DNA of 64,000 nucleotides from Chiloscyllium plagiosum (taxonomy: Eukaryota), in NCBI RefSeq assembly GCF_004010195.1, contig NC_057750.1, positions 8,762,684 to 8,826,683 of the forward strand, written 5' to 3'. Below are positions 13,901 through 27,314 of this stretch, in pieces. Both the position numbers and the translations under genes were made by a program. Position 1 is the first letter of the stretch; every line of letters starts with the position of its first letter. A model generated the notes under the pieces. It was not told the origin of the DNA, did not search any database, and worked only from the letters and a program-made list of their open reading frames with translations.

Positions 13901-16900
13901 ATGAATTTCAATCAAGATTAAACCTATCTTAATTGATTCTTCTCTGTATTCAAATATGTTTAGCTGAAATACTTGTGCCTGATTTTGAAATTGACCTGTG
14001 TTATTTGTGGGTGTGATAGAATAGTGACAATGTTACTGAATTAGTTTTCCAGTCTGAACACTTTAAAATTTCACAGTTTTTAAATTAAGTTTTATGACCT
14101 GGAATTATCAATGGGCATAAAAACTAGGAGCAGGAGTAGACCATTCTGTCCTTCAAATCTGTTCTGCCATTCAATCCAATCATGGCTTCAACTCCAGTTT
14201 CCATATTGCTCCCAATTATCCTTGGATTCTCTGAGAGACCAAAAATCAGTCTGTCCCATATTTAAGCAAGGAAATCTGCTTTTCCTTACCCAGTCTGACC
14301 TCTGTGTGACTCCAGAGCCACGCAACTAGGTCGAATCAAGGGCTAACGAGGAATGGTAAATGAATGCAGTCTTGTCACATCCTGCAAATAACCATTAATA
14401 TGGAGGCAGGGACCTCAATGTGATTCAAATTTTGCTCCAAAAGTTAATTCCACTCCATTCTTTTAAAGTGAAGTTCATGATTACAATGGATATGCATTAC
14501 TATTCATCACTTGGTAGTTTTAAGAGTTAAAGGATAATCTAGTTATTGTTTGTAAATTCATAATAAAGGGATTCCTCTCCCATGTATCCTAGTTAGCAGA
14601 ATCCTGATGGATATCTCTCTCTTAGACTGAGGCGGTACTCTATCAATCCTGTCAACCTGTTTTGCATCACATTGGGCAGATCATTGCTCCAAAACCCTAG
14701 GCTCGTGGTCTGGGAACATGGGTTCAAATCCCCCCATAATAGATGGTGACATTTGAATTAAATTAAATCTGGAATTAATAAAAGCCAGCCTAATGGAAAC
14801 CATGTAACTGTTGCCAATCATCTGAAAAACTAATCTGGTTGACTATTCTCCTTTGGGAAGGAAATCTATTGTCCTTCAGGTGGTCCGGCCAACATGTGAC
14901 TCCTCATGTGATGAATTCTTAATTGCAGGATGGGCAATATATTAGCCCAGCCAGCAACATGCACATTTCATTTATGATAAAACATTCAGTTGCTAAGGAT
15001 CTAACCTATGGAATTAGTTCCCAGAGTCCCTGCCTGCCAATACTTTCTTGAAGATGTCACTTAAAACCTACCTCTTTTGCTCAGTCACCTCATCATATGA
15101 CTCAATGTCAAACTAATCAATAATCTTGTAGAACACCACTGCTTTCTTTCACTATGTTCTATATAAACGCAAGTTGTTGTTTCAGCTGCAACTGTTTTGT
15201 AAATCATTCTCCTACCTTCATCTCTACATGCATTCTGTCAAAGAGGTGGGGGGTTGCTCAGGTCAGGGAAAATTGGCACATCAGTAGTGGAGTGCTCTCT
15301 CTTTGCAGATAAGGTCCTACATGAGGTCACTAGGATTGCTTCCAGGCTAGCTGAGATCGCCTATGCTTTGCAACACCCCTGACCCTCCCCTGAAGCCATC
15401 ATCACCACAAGATCCCATCATCTGCCCAACTGTGGAGCTGAGATTCACCCCACCCTCTATCTCACTAGCCTCCTCCAGGATTTTTTGGACAATCTTTGGA
15501 TGCCACTGTGAGCACAAGCCAAGGAAAAATTCCTGAACGGGGTAGGGAAAGAGACTTTTTTAGTAAAATACTTTATTTTTAACTTTTGTATGTTGAGAAA
15601 TAATGTTGGACTTAGATAAGAATAATTCAGTTGGAGAATGTAGTCTGTTCACCTTATGGGTACGGGGTAGCTTCCCCTGCAAGGATGGACACGGCGAGAG
15701 GTCAGTGGCATGGGATGGAGGAATTCAGGTGATGTAACCTCCAGGAATGCATCCAATCAGGACTGATTCCTTAGGCCTTATGAACTATAAACTGGAAGTC
15801 CTGGACAGACTCAGCAGATCTGGTAGCATCTGTGGAGAGAGAAACAGATGACATTTCGAGTTTGACTTTTTTAGAACTGGAAGAACCTGGCAAGTAGCAG
15901 GTTTTGTACTGTTTACAGGGAAGGAGGAGTGAGTGGAATAGCTAGGGATTGTTATTTCACTGGAGCAGGTGTATCTCTATTCATGAAAGCTACAGAGACT
16001 GAACTCATTTTCAAACATAGAGCAGTCAAAGCACAGAAGGAGGCCATTTGGCTCATCGTGACTTGGCCAGCTCTCTGCGAGCGCACTTCCTCTAATTCTG
16101 CTCACCTGCCTTTTCTCTGTAGTTTTACAAACTTGCAATCTTCAGTTTAATTCTGTTTTAAAGACCACAATTATTCTTGCCATTTCATGATACTTGTTTA
16201 TCCCAACTTTCATTTTTCACCTTTGATCTGTCACTTGGAACCAGCTACATTTAACCATAGATCCACTATAGAGGAGCTCATGAAGGCTTTCAAGATGTTG
16301 CATTTTCAGTGGGTGATTTTGTTTCAAGTTGTGATCATAAGTGTATTTTTCATGATAGGACAGATTTTTACTTGCTGCATTCTTGTAACGCCGGGCAATT
16401 TAACACTGTATCCCAAGGAGACTGGTGGGTAGGGAGACGGTTGTGGAGGAGCAAAGGGGAGAGTTTCAAAGTAAAGATTTAGCTTGGTTCAATGTCTCTA
16501 TTTCCCAAGATCTCAAACATCTGACACAATAAGGAAACAAGGAAGGATGAGCATTTCTTATTGTGAACTGAAAATATCCCAATTGTTTCTGATGACGGAC
16601 TTTTGGAATTGTAGTCACTGTTAGAATATAGAAAACATGGCAGATCCGACAGAGCACAGGTATTTCCCATAAATACCATCAGGCGATCATCAGATATTCT
16701 GTTTTCCTGATAGTGTAGAGAGTCTAATGATGACCATGGATCCACTATCAATTATTGGGAAAACCCATCTGGTTCACTAACACCCTTTAGGGAGGAAAAT
16801 CTACCATCTTTGCCTGATTTGCCCTACATTTGACTCCAGACCCACAGCAATGTAGTTGACTCTTAGCTGTCCTTTGGGCAATTAAGGATGGATAATAAAT

Positions 16901-19409
16901 GCTGGCTCAGCCAGAGATGCCCATGACCAATAAGCAAATTTTAAAAATGACTAAAAGCACCAGGAGAGCTGCTCTTATTCAAAATACTGCCACAAGCTCT
17001 TTTAGGTCTCCTGAAGGGTCAGGTGGTGGAGATAAGCTACCTTTTCAACCCTCCAGCTTATAAAACCAAAACAGGACAAACTAGCAAATGCAGTTAGTGA
17101 GGTTCCATTGGCAGAGTTGGTGTGGGGGTGCAGGAAAATGGAAATGCAGCCTTTGAGCAGACCTTCCATTGAAAGCACCATGAAATGAAGTATTTCTGGT
17201 GCACCCCACAACAGCTTGTTATATGGACACAGCTGTGTCTTATTTAGTGGAACAAATGGTGTGTGATTCAAACAAGACTCTAATCGGCAGCTTTTCATTT
17301 GGGATTGTGGGGGGAGGGATGCAGTTGTTCCCCTTTGGCTAGACAAAAGGTGAACAGCCTTTCTCTGCTCCTGCCCACGGGCAATTTCATGATGTAAACT
17401 GACTCAGGTGGTGGGGAGATTGTGTGCCCAGCTTTGACTGTCTTCAGTTAGTCCAGAGCTACCCACGATCTGAATATGGACTGATTACGGGGCAGTTCGG
17501 TTTGTTGAAGGCAGGATGTGGAGCTGTATCCCAATCAGAACCCAGATTGTCAGGAGGTTTAGGCCATTCAGCCTCTTAAGACGAACAATGATGGAGAAAC
17601 TCAGCAGGTCTGGCAGCATCTGTAGAGAGAGAAACAGATTTGAAGTGACTTCTTCAGAATTCTTGAGGATGTTCCATTAGATCCCAGATGTTCTGTCTTA
17701 ACTCCTGCATACTCTGCTTGGTTGTGTATTAGTTAATGCCTTTACCTAATAGAAATTTGAGATGTTGATGTGAAAAGCTCCCTGTATGATTCATACTGGT
17801 ATGTATATCTCACCCATACAAAACCAGAGTTGTGGGGAGTGTAGTGTACATATTGTATTTTACAGTAAATTTACACTAATTGCATATTTAAGGACCAGTG
17901 TGACAATGGAACCTCCAAATGTAATTCTATCACCATAAGCCGATAGCAGTGGTGCATCTTTTGGGAGAAATGAAAAAGGGAAAGTCTGTCTGAAAACGTT
18001 TCTGTGAGTGAGATGGAGAGACTGGAAAGCTGGCCTGCCTGTTTAATCCACACCGACTGGCTCATTGTTGCTTCTCACTGTACTTTGTTCGTAAAACGTA
18101 AACTGTTTCTAAAGCACTTGTCAACTGTGCGGGTTCCAACGCACTTCATTGCCCCCCTCCCCCAACCACTGTGTAAACTGTATAAATGTTAAACATTCGA
18201 TGTTGCCAGTCTGATCTGTGAGGACAGATTGGCATTAAACTGGGAAAAAAAAAGACAAAAAAAAACTTGATTTGATCAAGGTTCAAAAACAAAAAATACA
18301 AACTAACAACACTCCTCTGTCTGCTGACTCCTCATTTAATATCAGTTACGTTGCATTTTCCACAGCACTTTAAGCAGAAAGTGAAAGCAGTAATTTAATC
18401 AGCAAAGAACAGAAACACTGTAGCTTGGTGACATGCTGATGACTTGCATTGCTGTAGTACCTTTCACCTTCCCCCATCCCTCAGAACATTCCCAATGTGT
18501 TTTACAGCTGACAAAGTAAGTATCAAAGGTGAGTCATGGCTGCGATATACCAATCCATGCACAGCAAGATCCCACAAAATGAGATCTACAGTCAGATAAT
18601 CAGTCACAGCAATGCTGGGAACAAGCATACAACTTGATAAAAGCAAATTACTGCAGATGTTAGAATCTGAAACCAAAAGAGAAAATGCTGGAAAATCTCA
18701 GCAGGTCTGGCAGCATCTGTAAGGAGAGAAAAGAGCTGACATTTCAAGTCTAACTGACCCTTTGTCAAAGCTAAAAAAAGGTAGAAATAGGGAAGTATTT
18801 ATACTAGGCTGAGAGACGCATACAACCGTATAGCACCTTGAACACATTAAAACATCCCTGGAGCATCAAGCAAAATTTGATGCCAAGACACAGGTAGTGG
18901 CATTAGGTTGAGGTGACTGAAAGCTTGGTCAAAGAGAAAAGCTTTTACAGAGTGGCTTGAAGGAAAGTAAAAGTCAGTAGCAAGAGTTTCCTAGATTCGC
19001 CAATGGTACAGCAATTAAAATTGGGGAAATTGCACAAGAGTCCAAAATTGCAACACGGCTAATGCCGTGTAGGTTGGGGTGGATAAGGTTCAAGTTGGAG
19101 GTCGTGTGGGACATGAAGGAATTTGCAAACAAGAGTGAATATGTTTAACATCAGGCCTAACACAGAGGTTCCTGTGTAACATGTATGTATATAAACATAT
19201 GTACATTCTTTAGAATACATACATATATGTGCAATGAATTAAACATGTCTGGAAGAGAAACTTCTGGCTAAACTCAAATCCTATCTTTAATCTGGCACAT
19301 GATGGCCTCCATTTCCCATTGCTGTTTTGCTGGAAGCTGAAAAGTTATCTCAGCTACATCATCAGTGAGTTTTTATACAACACACATGTTCAACATTTTA
19401 AATTTGTAT

Positions 19410-19415
19410 TTTATT
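19410..19415 (-). promoter_or_regulatory. Candidate poly(A) signal for TMEM160
   Basis: AATAAA on the minus strand ~860 nt downstream of the stop codon, in unique AT-rich sequence. Confidence 0.35.
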
Positions 19416-20277
19416 TAATTTGTTCATGTTGAAGTGCAGAAGAATGCAAGAAGCCACTTGTGAAATCAACATTTAAATATCCAGCTCTTTCACAATACCA
19501 AGGAGATATCAATAAATAACCCAAAGAAGGAGGTTGTCTTCATCAGAAACTTTGAATGAGAGCTGCACAGGTCAAAGATCATGTGCAATAAAAGGCTCGC
19601 AAACAGGGGCCAGGAATAAGCCAGGGAATGATGCAGCACACAAAGCCATTTGGCCCGTCACAAGCTGGCCTTTGGTCAATTCCAATATCCTGATGGTGCT
19701 AAGTCTGGGTATGCTCTGGCAGTTGCTGTCCATGAATAAGTTGTAACTTACTGCAAGGCTATTTAATCACATGAAAGGATAACAGTAAACCTAATGGTTA
19801 TCCTATCCATTAAACAGACAGGGCTGTTAGAGGAGGTTTGGGGGATGGTCACTGAATAAGCAACTCAGACTGGGCATTTGTTACTTTTCTTATAGCGTGT
19901 GCTTCCAGTGGATCCTTTGCTCCATAAGACAGCCCACCTCAGCCACTTTAATGTAGGAACTTCCCAGACTGGTACATCTCTGAACCCATCCAGAAACAAA
20001 ATAAAAAAGGAACCCCAACTGTGGGAACATCAATTTCATATTCTTTTCCTTAGTTCAGTGATTAAATAGAAGAAAGAATTTACATTCATATCGTGCCCTT
20101 CATGATGCCTGATGTCCCAAAGTGCTTTATAGCCAATGAATTAGCCTTGATGTGTCAATAATTGCTTCAACATAGGAACTTTAAATCCTGTGCACCCATA
20201 ATATGTATATACAGATTTCTACATATGCAAGATTCAGCTTTCAACACCCGATCGCCTCCTTTCTGTATCTGCTCTCG

Positions 20278-20531
20278 TTACTTGTCCGATTTGCTCTTGT
20301 CCTCCTTTGACTTGCAGTCCTCACATTCCTCGTCGTGGATGATCTCCACTTCTAGCCGCCCGATGTAAAGGGAGACGGCACACAGCCAAAACAGGGCCAC
20401 TGCCCCCACCACCAGCCCACTCACCAATGCTGTTGGCACAGAGAGCATCATCATCCTCCTCAGCAGGAAGAGGTTAGCAATGTACGAGCCGCTCCCATAG
20501 GAGATACAGACTCCTCCAAGGATGAAGAATC
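20278..20531 (-). CDS. TMEM160: Transmembrane protein 160, exon 4 (terminal coding exon)
   Basis: Acceptor ctctgtttccag|GA. It encodes (G)FFILGGVCISYGSGSY...LFWLCAVSLYIGRLEVEII...*, matching human GFFLLGGLCVVWGSASY...LWACAVGLYMGQLELDV. Confidence 0.92.
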
Positions 20532-20924
20532 CTGGAAACAGAGGGGGCAGGAGATCAGAGTTAGAAACCAAATGATATATACAAAATCAGCGAAGGACGA
20601 AAGGTACATGGGTTTGTACATCGTCTTTCACAATGCCAGACAACCCAAAGTGACCACTGACAATTAAAATCTTGACACCTTTTAGAATGACAAGAGCAAA
20701 ATACTTGTTTTGTTTAATGAGTTTGGTACACAATCCCTCCGTTAGAACTCAGTGCGCAATGGTATCATAAAGAACTTGAATTCAGACACTGACTTTCATC
20801 AGGTCAAGGCAACCTAAAAAACTTCACAGTTGGTACCATTGTTCTCCAGATGTCAGTCAATTTGCACAATGAAGCTCCCTCTACGCTTTTAAACTGAAAG
20901 TAACTGAAACACTCCCTTTTCTTT

Positions 20925-21200
20925 AGAGTGTAGAAGACTGAAGGGAGATTCTACAGAAGTGTGGAAGATCATGAGAGGCATGGATACGGTGAATGCACTC
21001 AGTCTTTTTCCCCAGAGTTGGGGAATTGAGGACTAGAGGACATCAGTTTAAGGTTACAGGGGAAAGAATAAAAGGGAGCCTGAGGTGCAACTTTTTTACA
21101 CAGTGGGTGGTACACAAATGGAATGAGCTGCCAGCGGAAGTGGTTGAGGCAGGTACTTTAACAACATTTAAATGGCATTGGACAAATACATGGATAGAAA
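20925..21200 (+). mobile_element. CR1/HER1-like LINE 3' fragment
   Basis: Encodes the decayed CR1 ORF2 C-terminus (FFPRVGELRTRGHQFKV...FFTQWVVHKWNELPAEVVEAG). Confidence 0.8.
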
Positions 21201-21464
21201 AGATTTTATTGTACAGTTTAAATGACACCACCTTTCACGGAGAGGCAATGGCCTAGTGGCTATACTATTAAGCCAGAGACACAGATAATGGGGAGTCGGG
21301 TTTGGCAGATGGTGGAATTTGAAATTAATAAAAATCTGGACTTAAGAGTCTAATGATAACTATAAAACCATTGCTGATTGCCAAAAACATCTTTAGGGAA
21401 GGCTTACATGTGATTTCAGACCCACGACATTCTTAACTGACATTTTGGCAATTAAGTAATCAGA

Positions 21465-22537
21465 CGAGAGTGAGGACTACAGATGCTGAACATTAGAATC
21501 AAGATTAGAGTTGTGCTGGAAAAGCACAGCATATCAGGCAGGATCCGAGGAGCAGGAGAATCGACATTTCGGGCAGGAGCCCTTCATCAGGAATGAGGCT
21601 GGAGAGATAAATGGGAGGTGGTGGGGCTGGGGAGAAGGTAGTTGTGAGTTCAATAGGTGTATGGAACAAGGGGTAAAGGTAATAGGTTGGAGAGGAGGGT
21701 GGAGTGGATAGGTGGGAAGGAAGATTGACAGGTAGGACAGGTCATGAGGATGGTGCTGAGCTGGAAGTTTGGAACTGGGGTAAGGTGTGGGGAGGGGAAA
21801 TGAGGAAACTGGTGAAGTCCACATCTATGCCCTGAGGTTGAAGAGTTCCGAGGCGGAAGATGAAGAGTTCTTCCTCCAGGCGTCAGTGGTGAGGGTGTGG
21901 CAGTGGAGGAGGCCCAGGACCTGTATGTCCTCGGCAGAATGGGAGGGGGAGTTGAAATGTTCAGCCACGGGGCAGTGGGGTTGATTGGTGCGGATGTTCT
22001 GGAGATGTTCCCTGAAGCGCTCTGTGGGAAGCTGTCCAGTCTCCCCGCTATAAAAGAGACCGCATCGGGGGTAACAGATACAATAAATGACATTAGTGGA
22101 AGTGCAGGTGATACTTTGATGGATGTGGAAGGCTCCTTTGAGGCCTTGGATGGAGGTGAGGGCACAGGTTTTGCAATTCCTGCGGTGACAGGAGAAGGTG
22201 CCAGGAGGGAGGTGGATTGTTGGGGGGCATGGACCTGACCAGGTAGTCACAGAGGGAATGATCTTTGCGGAAAGTGGATAGGGGTGGGGAAGGAATTACA
22301 TCCCTGGTGGTGGGGTCCGTTTGTGGGTGGTGGAAATGTCGACGGATGATGTGGTTTATGCAGAGTTTGTTGGGTGGAAGGTGAGGACTGGGGTTTTCTT
22401 GTCCTTGTTGCAGTTGGAGGAGTAGGGTTTGAGGGCGGAGGTGCGGGACGTGGATGAGATGCGTTGGAGGGCATCTTCAATGACGTGGGAGGGAAAATTA
22501 CGGTCTTTAAAGGAGGCGGCAATCTGGTGTGTTCCGA
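21465..22537 (-). mobile_element. Penelope-like element (PLE), 5'-truncated: GIY-YIG endonuclease region plus 3' pseudo-LTR (pLTR)
   Basis: ORF 21825..22250(-) reads GTFSCHRRNCKTC...TCTSTNVIYCICYPRCGLFYSGETG...ERFREH...PVAEHFNSPSHS, a GIY-YIG domain. It is followed by a terminus with a hammerhead-like core at 21563-21590. Confidence 0.85.
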
Positions 22538-23710
22538 TACCTACATAATAAAAAAAATTTACATTTCAGAGGCTTCCTCAGAGAAACCCTGAATTAAGAT
22601 GCTTCTGCATTGCATAGGCTGCTGATTTCATCTGAAACATCAAACACATAGCCAAATAAAAATCCATTGGATTCATGATACTTCTGTAATATTGCTCCCA
22701 GTTACTGAGACTCAAAGATTACTCAACCATTTTACTTTGAGAACTGGCAGCAGAAGTAACTAAGTACTATCACATTATGCCCTTCCAAAAATGCTGATGC
22801 CTCTAACAGTCTGCCCTTCATGTAGCTTCAGTTTCAGTCTAAACAGGTGTGCCTTAACTCTCTCTGAGGAAAGTGAGCACTATCAAAGACAAAGCACAGT
22901 CTGATCATCAGAGGATGGACTGTAAGTGCAGCTTTGTCAGTGCCATCTATACTCTGAAAGCACGCAACAAAAGCCAATACTAATGTTGGTGCAGTGATAC
23001 CAGCATTTGTTTAATAGTGTAGCTTATAAGATTAAGGAGCTAATTAATCCTCTCATGCAGGTCCTGATTTTTGTTGCGACAGCATTGGCAGACATGCTGC
23101 TTGGGTCTGGAATTCCCTCAATAAATCTCTGCACCTCCTTTAAGACACTTTTTAAAGATTCCCTCTTTGACCAAGCATCGCTGCGTTAACATCTCCTCCT
23201 GTAGCTCACGGCCAAACTTTGGCAATGCTCCAGCCTTGGACATTTCACTGCATTAATAAAGCATTATGTAAATGAAACCTGTTGATCAAGCCACAAACTG
23301 GAGGTTAAATCTTCATTGGTCCAACACAATGGAACTAAGAGATGCTGTGGCTGAGTGGGTTTGTCACCAGCCTAGTAGTCAGAGGTTCTAGGGACATGGG
23401 TTCAAATGGTGGAGTTTAAATTCAATCTATAAATCTGGAATATGAATAAAAGATGGTGAACCATGAAACTAATATCGATTGAAAAGAAATATGCTGTCGT
23501 TACCTGGTCTGTGACTCCAGACCCACAGCAATGCAGTTAACTCTTAACAGCCCTAGCCAACTACTCAGTTCCAGGGTCATTAGAGACGGGCAAAAAATTC
23601 TGGCCTTACCAACAACGCTCACATCTCCATGAAAGAACAAAGAAAAAAAACCTGTTAAGGGGTAGCATAGTTGCCGTATCATAAGGTACAAACATGGTGG
23701 AATCACTCAC

Positions 23711-23803
23711 CATAAGCTGCCTCTCTTCCTGTGTCACTCTGCATATACGATATCACTCCCACTCCAGTTGCTAGCAACCCATTCCGAAACCAGGACAGGA
23801 ATC
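23711..23803 (-). CDS. TMEM160: Transmembrane protein 160, exon 3
   Basis: cccatag|GA...TATG|gtgagt. The 93-nt exon encodes FLSWFRNGLLATGVGVISYMQSDTGREAAY, nearly identical to human TMEM160. Confidence 0.93.
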
Positions 23804-24138
23804 CTATGGGAAAGGGAAAGTTGAGTAATGTCACTACATGACACCTCACAATTCAACTCATTTCTCTTTGTTTCCACCTTCTGTCAATGAAGGCGCCAGC
23901 CCTACAGAAGTAGTGCCTCCAGACAGTGGCCATTCTTCGAGAGTGACTCCAGCATTGGGAGTGGGCTGAATGAAGCCCATGATGTTGCAGCCAAGTACAA
24001 ACTAACCTCTCCCCACTCCCAACTGACGTTCGAAAGCAAAATATTTGCCAGTGGGAATCACTGGAGTCGTGATTCAAGGAATTGTAGCTGATCCACCTTG
24101 CTCTGTCGGTCCAAGGGCACTTGGGCTCGACAGGTTTG

Positions 24139-24505
24139 CAGTCGCCTGAAGCTGGAATCAAACTCGGGTCCCTGGTGCTGTGAGGCAGCAGTGCTAACCA
24201 CTGAGCACTGCTGCCTCACAGCACCAGGGACCCGGGTTCGATTCCAGCCTCGGGCAACTGTCTGTGTGAAGTTTGCACATTCTCCCCGTGCGTGCGTGGG
24301 TTTCCTCCGGGTGCTCTGGTTTCCTCCCACAATCCAAAAATGTGCAGGTTAGGTGAATTGGCCATGCTAAATTGTCCCTTGGTGCTAGGTGAAGGGGTAA
24401 ATGTAGGGAAATGGGTCTGGGTGGGTTGCTCTTCAGAGGGTCAGTGTGGACTTGTTGGGCCAAAGGGCCTGTTTCCACACTGTAAGTAATCTAATCTAAT
24501 CTAAT
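24139..24505 (+). mobile_element. HE1-like tRNA-derived SINE with an inverted duplicated head
   Basis: Box-B-like ggttcgattcc, core gtttgcacattctccccgtg...ggtttcctcccac, tail gggcctgtttccacactgta and a (ctaat)n end. 24139-24195 is an inverted copy of 24204-24260. Confidence 0.85.
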
Positions 24506-24788
24506 TTCCTGCCCATAATCTAACTATCTGAGTTGGCACAGAACACAGGCAACAGGGATGCCAGCTGGGTTTGGGGAAGATAATCCAAAAATAAACTACA
24601 TCTAACCTGCCTGGGTTGGCTTTTTGCAAGAACAACTCACGTCGACCCATTCACCCTGCTTTTACATGGAACCCTGATAGCCTTTCTTCCACAGAAGGAA
24701 GTTTTATATTTTAGATTTGTTTGCCTGAAACCAATTCATAAATATATGAATAAAAATAATTTTGTGTGGTTTTAGAAATAATGCATAC

Positions 24789-24813
24789 CTGTTTCGTGGG
24801 CCTTCCTGAGCAT
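24789..24813 (-). CDS. TMEM160: Transmembrane protein 160, exon 2 (25-nt microexon)
   Basis: tttattttttcacag|ATGCTCAGGAAGGCCCACGAAACAG|gtatgc encodes MLRKAHET(G), matching human LLRKAHETA. It is required to keep the frame between exons 1 and 3. Confidence 0.88.
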
Positions 24814-27314
24814 CTGTGAAAAAATAAAGACAAATCAAAAGTAAGCATCGCATCCAGACTCGGTACAGCTCAAATTTGGAGAGGGCTGGACTATTTGCAA
24901 CATTGTACCACAGGAGGTGCTCAGTCCAGCCTTTCCTCAATTCACATTGGCACAGAGCTGAATCATTGGCCGCACAAACTCATCCAACAGCAGGTTTGTT
25001 CCACAGAAGCCCTCAGCCCACACTACCTCACCGAGCTGCACAGTTAACACTGATCGGTCTCAAATGGCTCGAGATTAAAGCCAACCTATCCACTCTTACA
25101 GACATTCTGTCTATTCATCAATCACTGGATCTACAACAAGGGATTAGGAAGGCCAATGAAATGTTAGCCTTTAGTGAAAAATGGGGGTGGGGAGGTATAA
25201 AAGTAAAGATGTCTTGCTGTAACCACACGGTACTGCTGAGATCACACCGACAGCCCTGCAGGAGCATCATTCTTACTGAGGGAAGGACAGACCTGCATTG
25301 GAGGCAGCTCACAGAAGGTTCACCAGGACAGTCTCTGAGATTAAGGGGTTTGTCTCAGGAGGAAAGGTTGAGCAAGTTAGGGATATACCTAAGCTCCCTC
25401 TAATCTCTCACAAACAGACATGAATGCATTGACTGGATGACTGCTCAGTGTGCCTGCGCAGGTAGCCATGCAGCTTTAGCCTGCTCTCAAAAGCGTTTGG
25501 AAGAATGAAAGGTGATCTTATTAAAACAAATCCAAAGGAGGTTTAACAAGGTAGAGAATGTTTCTTCAAATGGGGGACTCCAGAACAAGGGGACATAGTT
25601 CAAAGATGAGTGTTTCTCCTGAAGATGACAAGTAACTTGGACTCTCAGAGGGTTGTCGGTGTTTGGAATTCTCAGAGGTGAACACATATTTCATTTCCAG
25701 CGGAGTCCAGGAAAGCAGAGGTAATGCCACAGATTAGCCATGATCTTACTGAAGGATGGAAAGGTCTTGATGGCCTGAATGACATTATTTCTTAGTTGTT
25801 CCGTAACTGAGGTCCAGTGTGGGGCAGCAAGCACAAGGGTAATGGGCAAACTAGACTGGGTGTAAGTTTGGACATGAGCAGAGTGTTATGGATGGCCTCA
25901 AGTTTACAGAGTTGAGAATGGATGGCTGGTGTTGCATAACTCTAGACTGAAGGTGGTAAAGCAATTAATGGGCTTTACAGCAGCAATTAAGGAAAATCAT
26001 ATAATTAGAATAAAATGTTCTAACAGAATCTACACAATAATGAATCTATGTACTTAGCACACATTTTCCATTCAATCCAAAATATGTGAAAACTTTGTAT
26101 GTCCTGTAAATGTTACTATTATAAATTCCTGTCTATGCACTGATAATGGTGGATGGTATGTAAACCTGTCACACTGTATTTACAGTCCCCAGTCCTGAGG
26201 GGGTGGTCCTGCCAATTTCTATAAGTTTCTCACCAGCAATTATTCTCCAATCAGCTTCCACGATGCATAGGAATTGACATTTCAACCTTAAAACAGCAAT
26301 CATGTTAAACAACTCTCTCCTTGCAACCTAATAAGTGATTATGATTTATGGATGAAGTGTCTCACCTACCACAGAGGAACAGGAGATGGCCATTCAGTCT
26401 ATCAAGTCTGCCCCACCATTCAATATGATCATGGATGATTGAACACTTAAGTGCCCTTTACTCAGCCCATTCCCAAAACCCTATGTGCCATGAGTAATCA
26501 AAACTTTATCAATCTCTACTTTAAATATACCCAAAGACAGTCTCAACAGCCATCTACAATAGGGAATTTTAGAGGTTCACAAACCTTTTAGTAAACAAAA
26601 TTCTTAACTTGGACCAGTGAGGCATTCCCCTTTTAAATTGTGGTCCTGGTTTATTATGAGTCATGAACTACTTTCTTAAGCTTCTGTGATTGTTCCTTAA
26701 CTGTTTTTAATTCTGCTAAACGTCTTTCCCAGTCTACTCCAATTGGCTCTGCCCTCATTCCCCTTTAAGTTTCTTTTTTAAGTTTTGCCCAGTTGTTTCT
26801 GACCCAAGTCTCTCTCTCTCAAACTGAATGCTGAATTCCATCATCTCACGGTCACTGTTTCTGAGGGGATATTTTACTCTGAATCATTTATTAAACCTAT
26901 CTCATTACACATTACCAGATCCAAATCAGCCTGATCCCTGATTGAATCCACAACATATTGTTCTCAGAAACAGTTCCGAACACATTCCATGAATTCTTTC
27001 TCATAGCAACCTCCGCCAATGTGATTTTCCCAATCAATATGAAGATTAAAGTCACCTATGAATAATGCATTGCCTCTTTTAAAGTCATTGAGATGTACAG
27101 CACAGAAACAGACCCTTAGATCCAACTCGTTCATGCCGACCAGATATCCTAAAATAATCTAGTCCCATTTGCCAGCATTTGGCCCATCTCTCTCTAAACC
27201 CTTACTATTCATATGGCTATATTCATATACCCATCCAGATGCCTTTTAAATGTTGTAATTGTCCACCACTTCCTGTGACAGCTCATTTTACATCTTCTCA
27301 TTACATTTTTAAGA

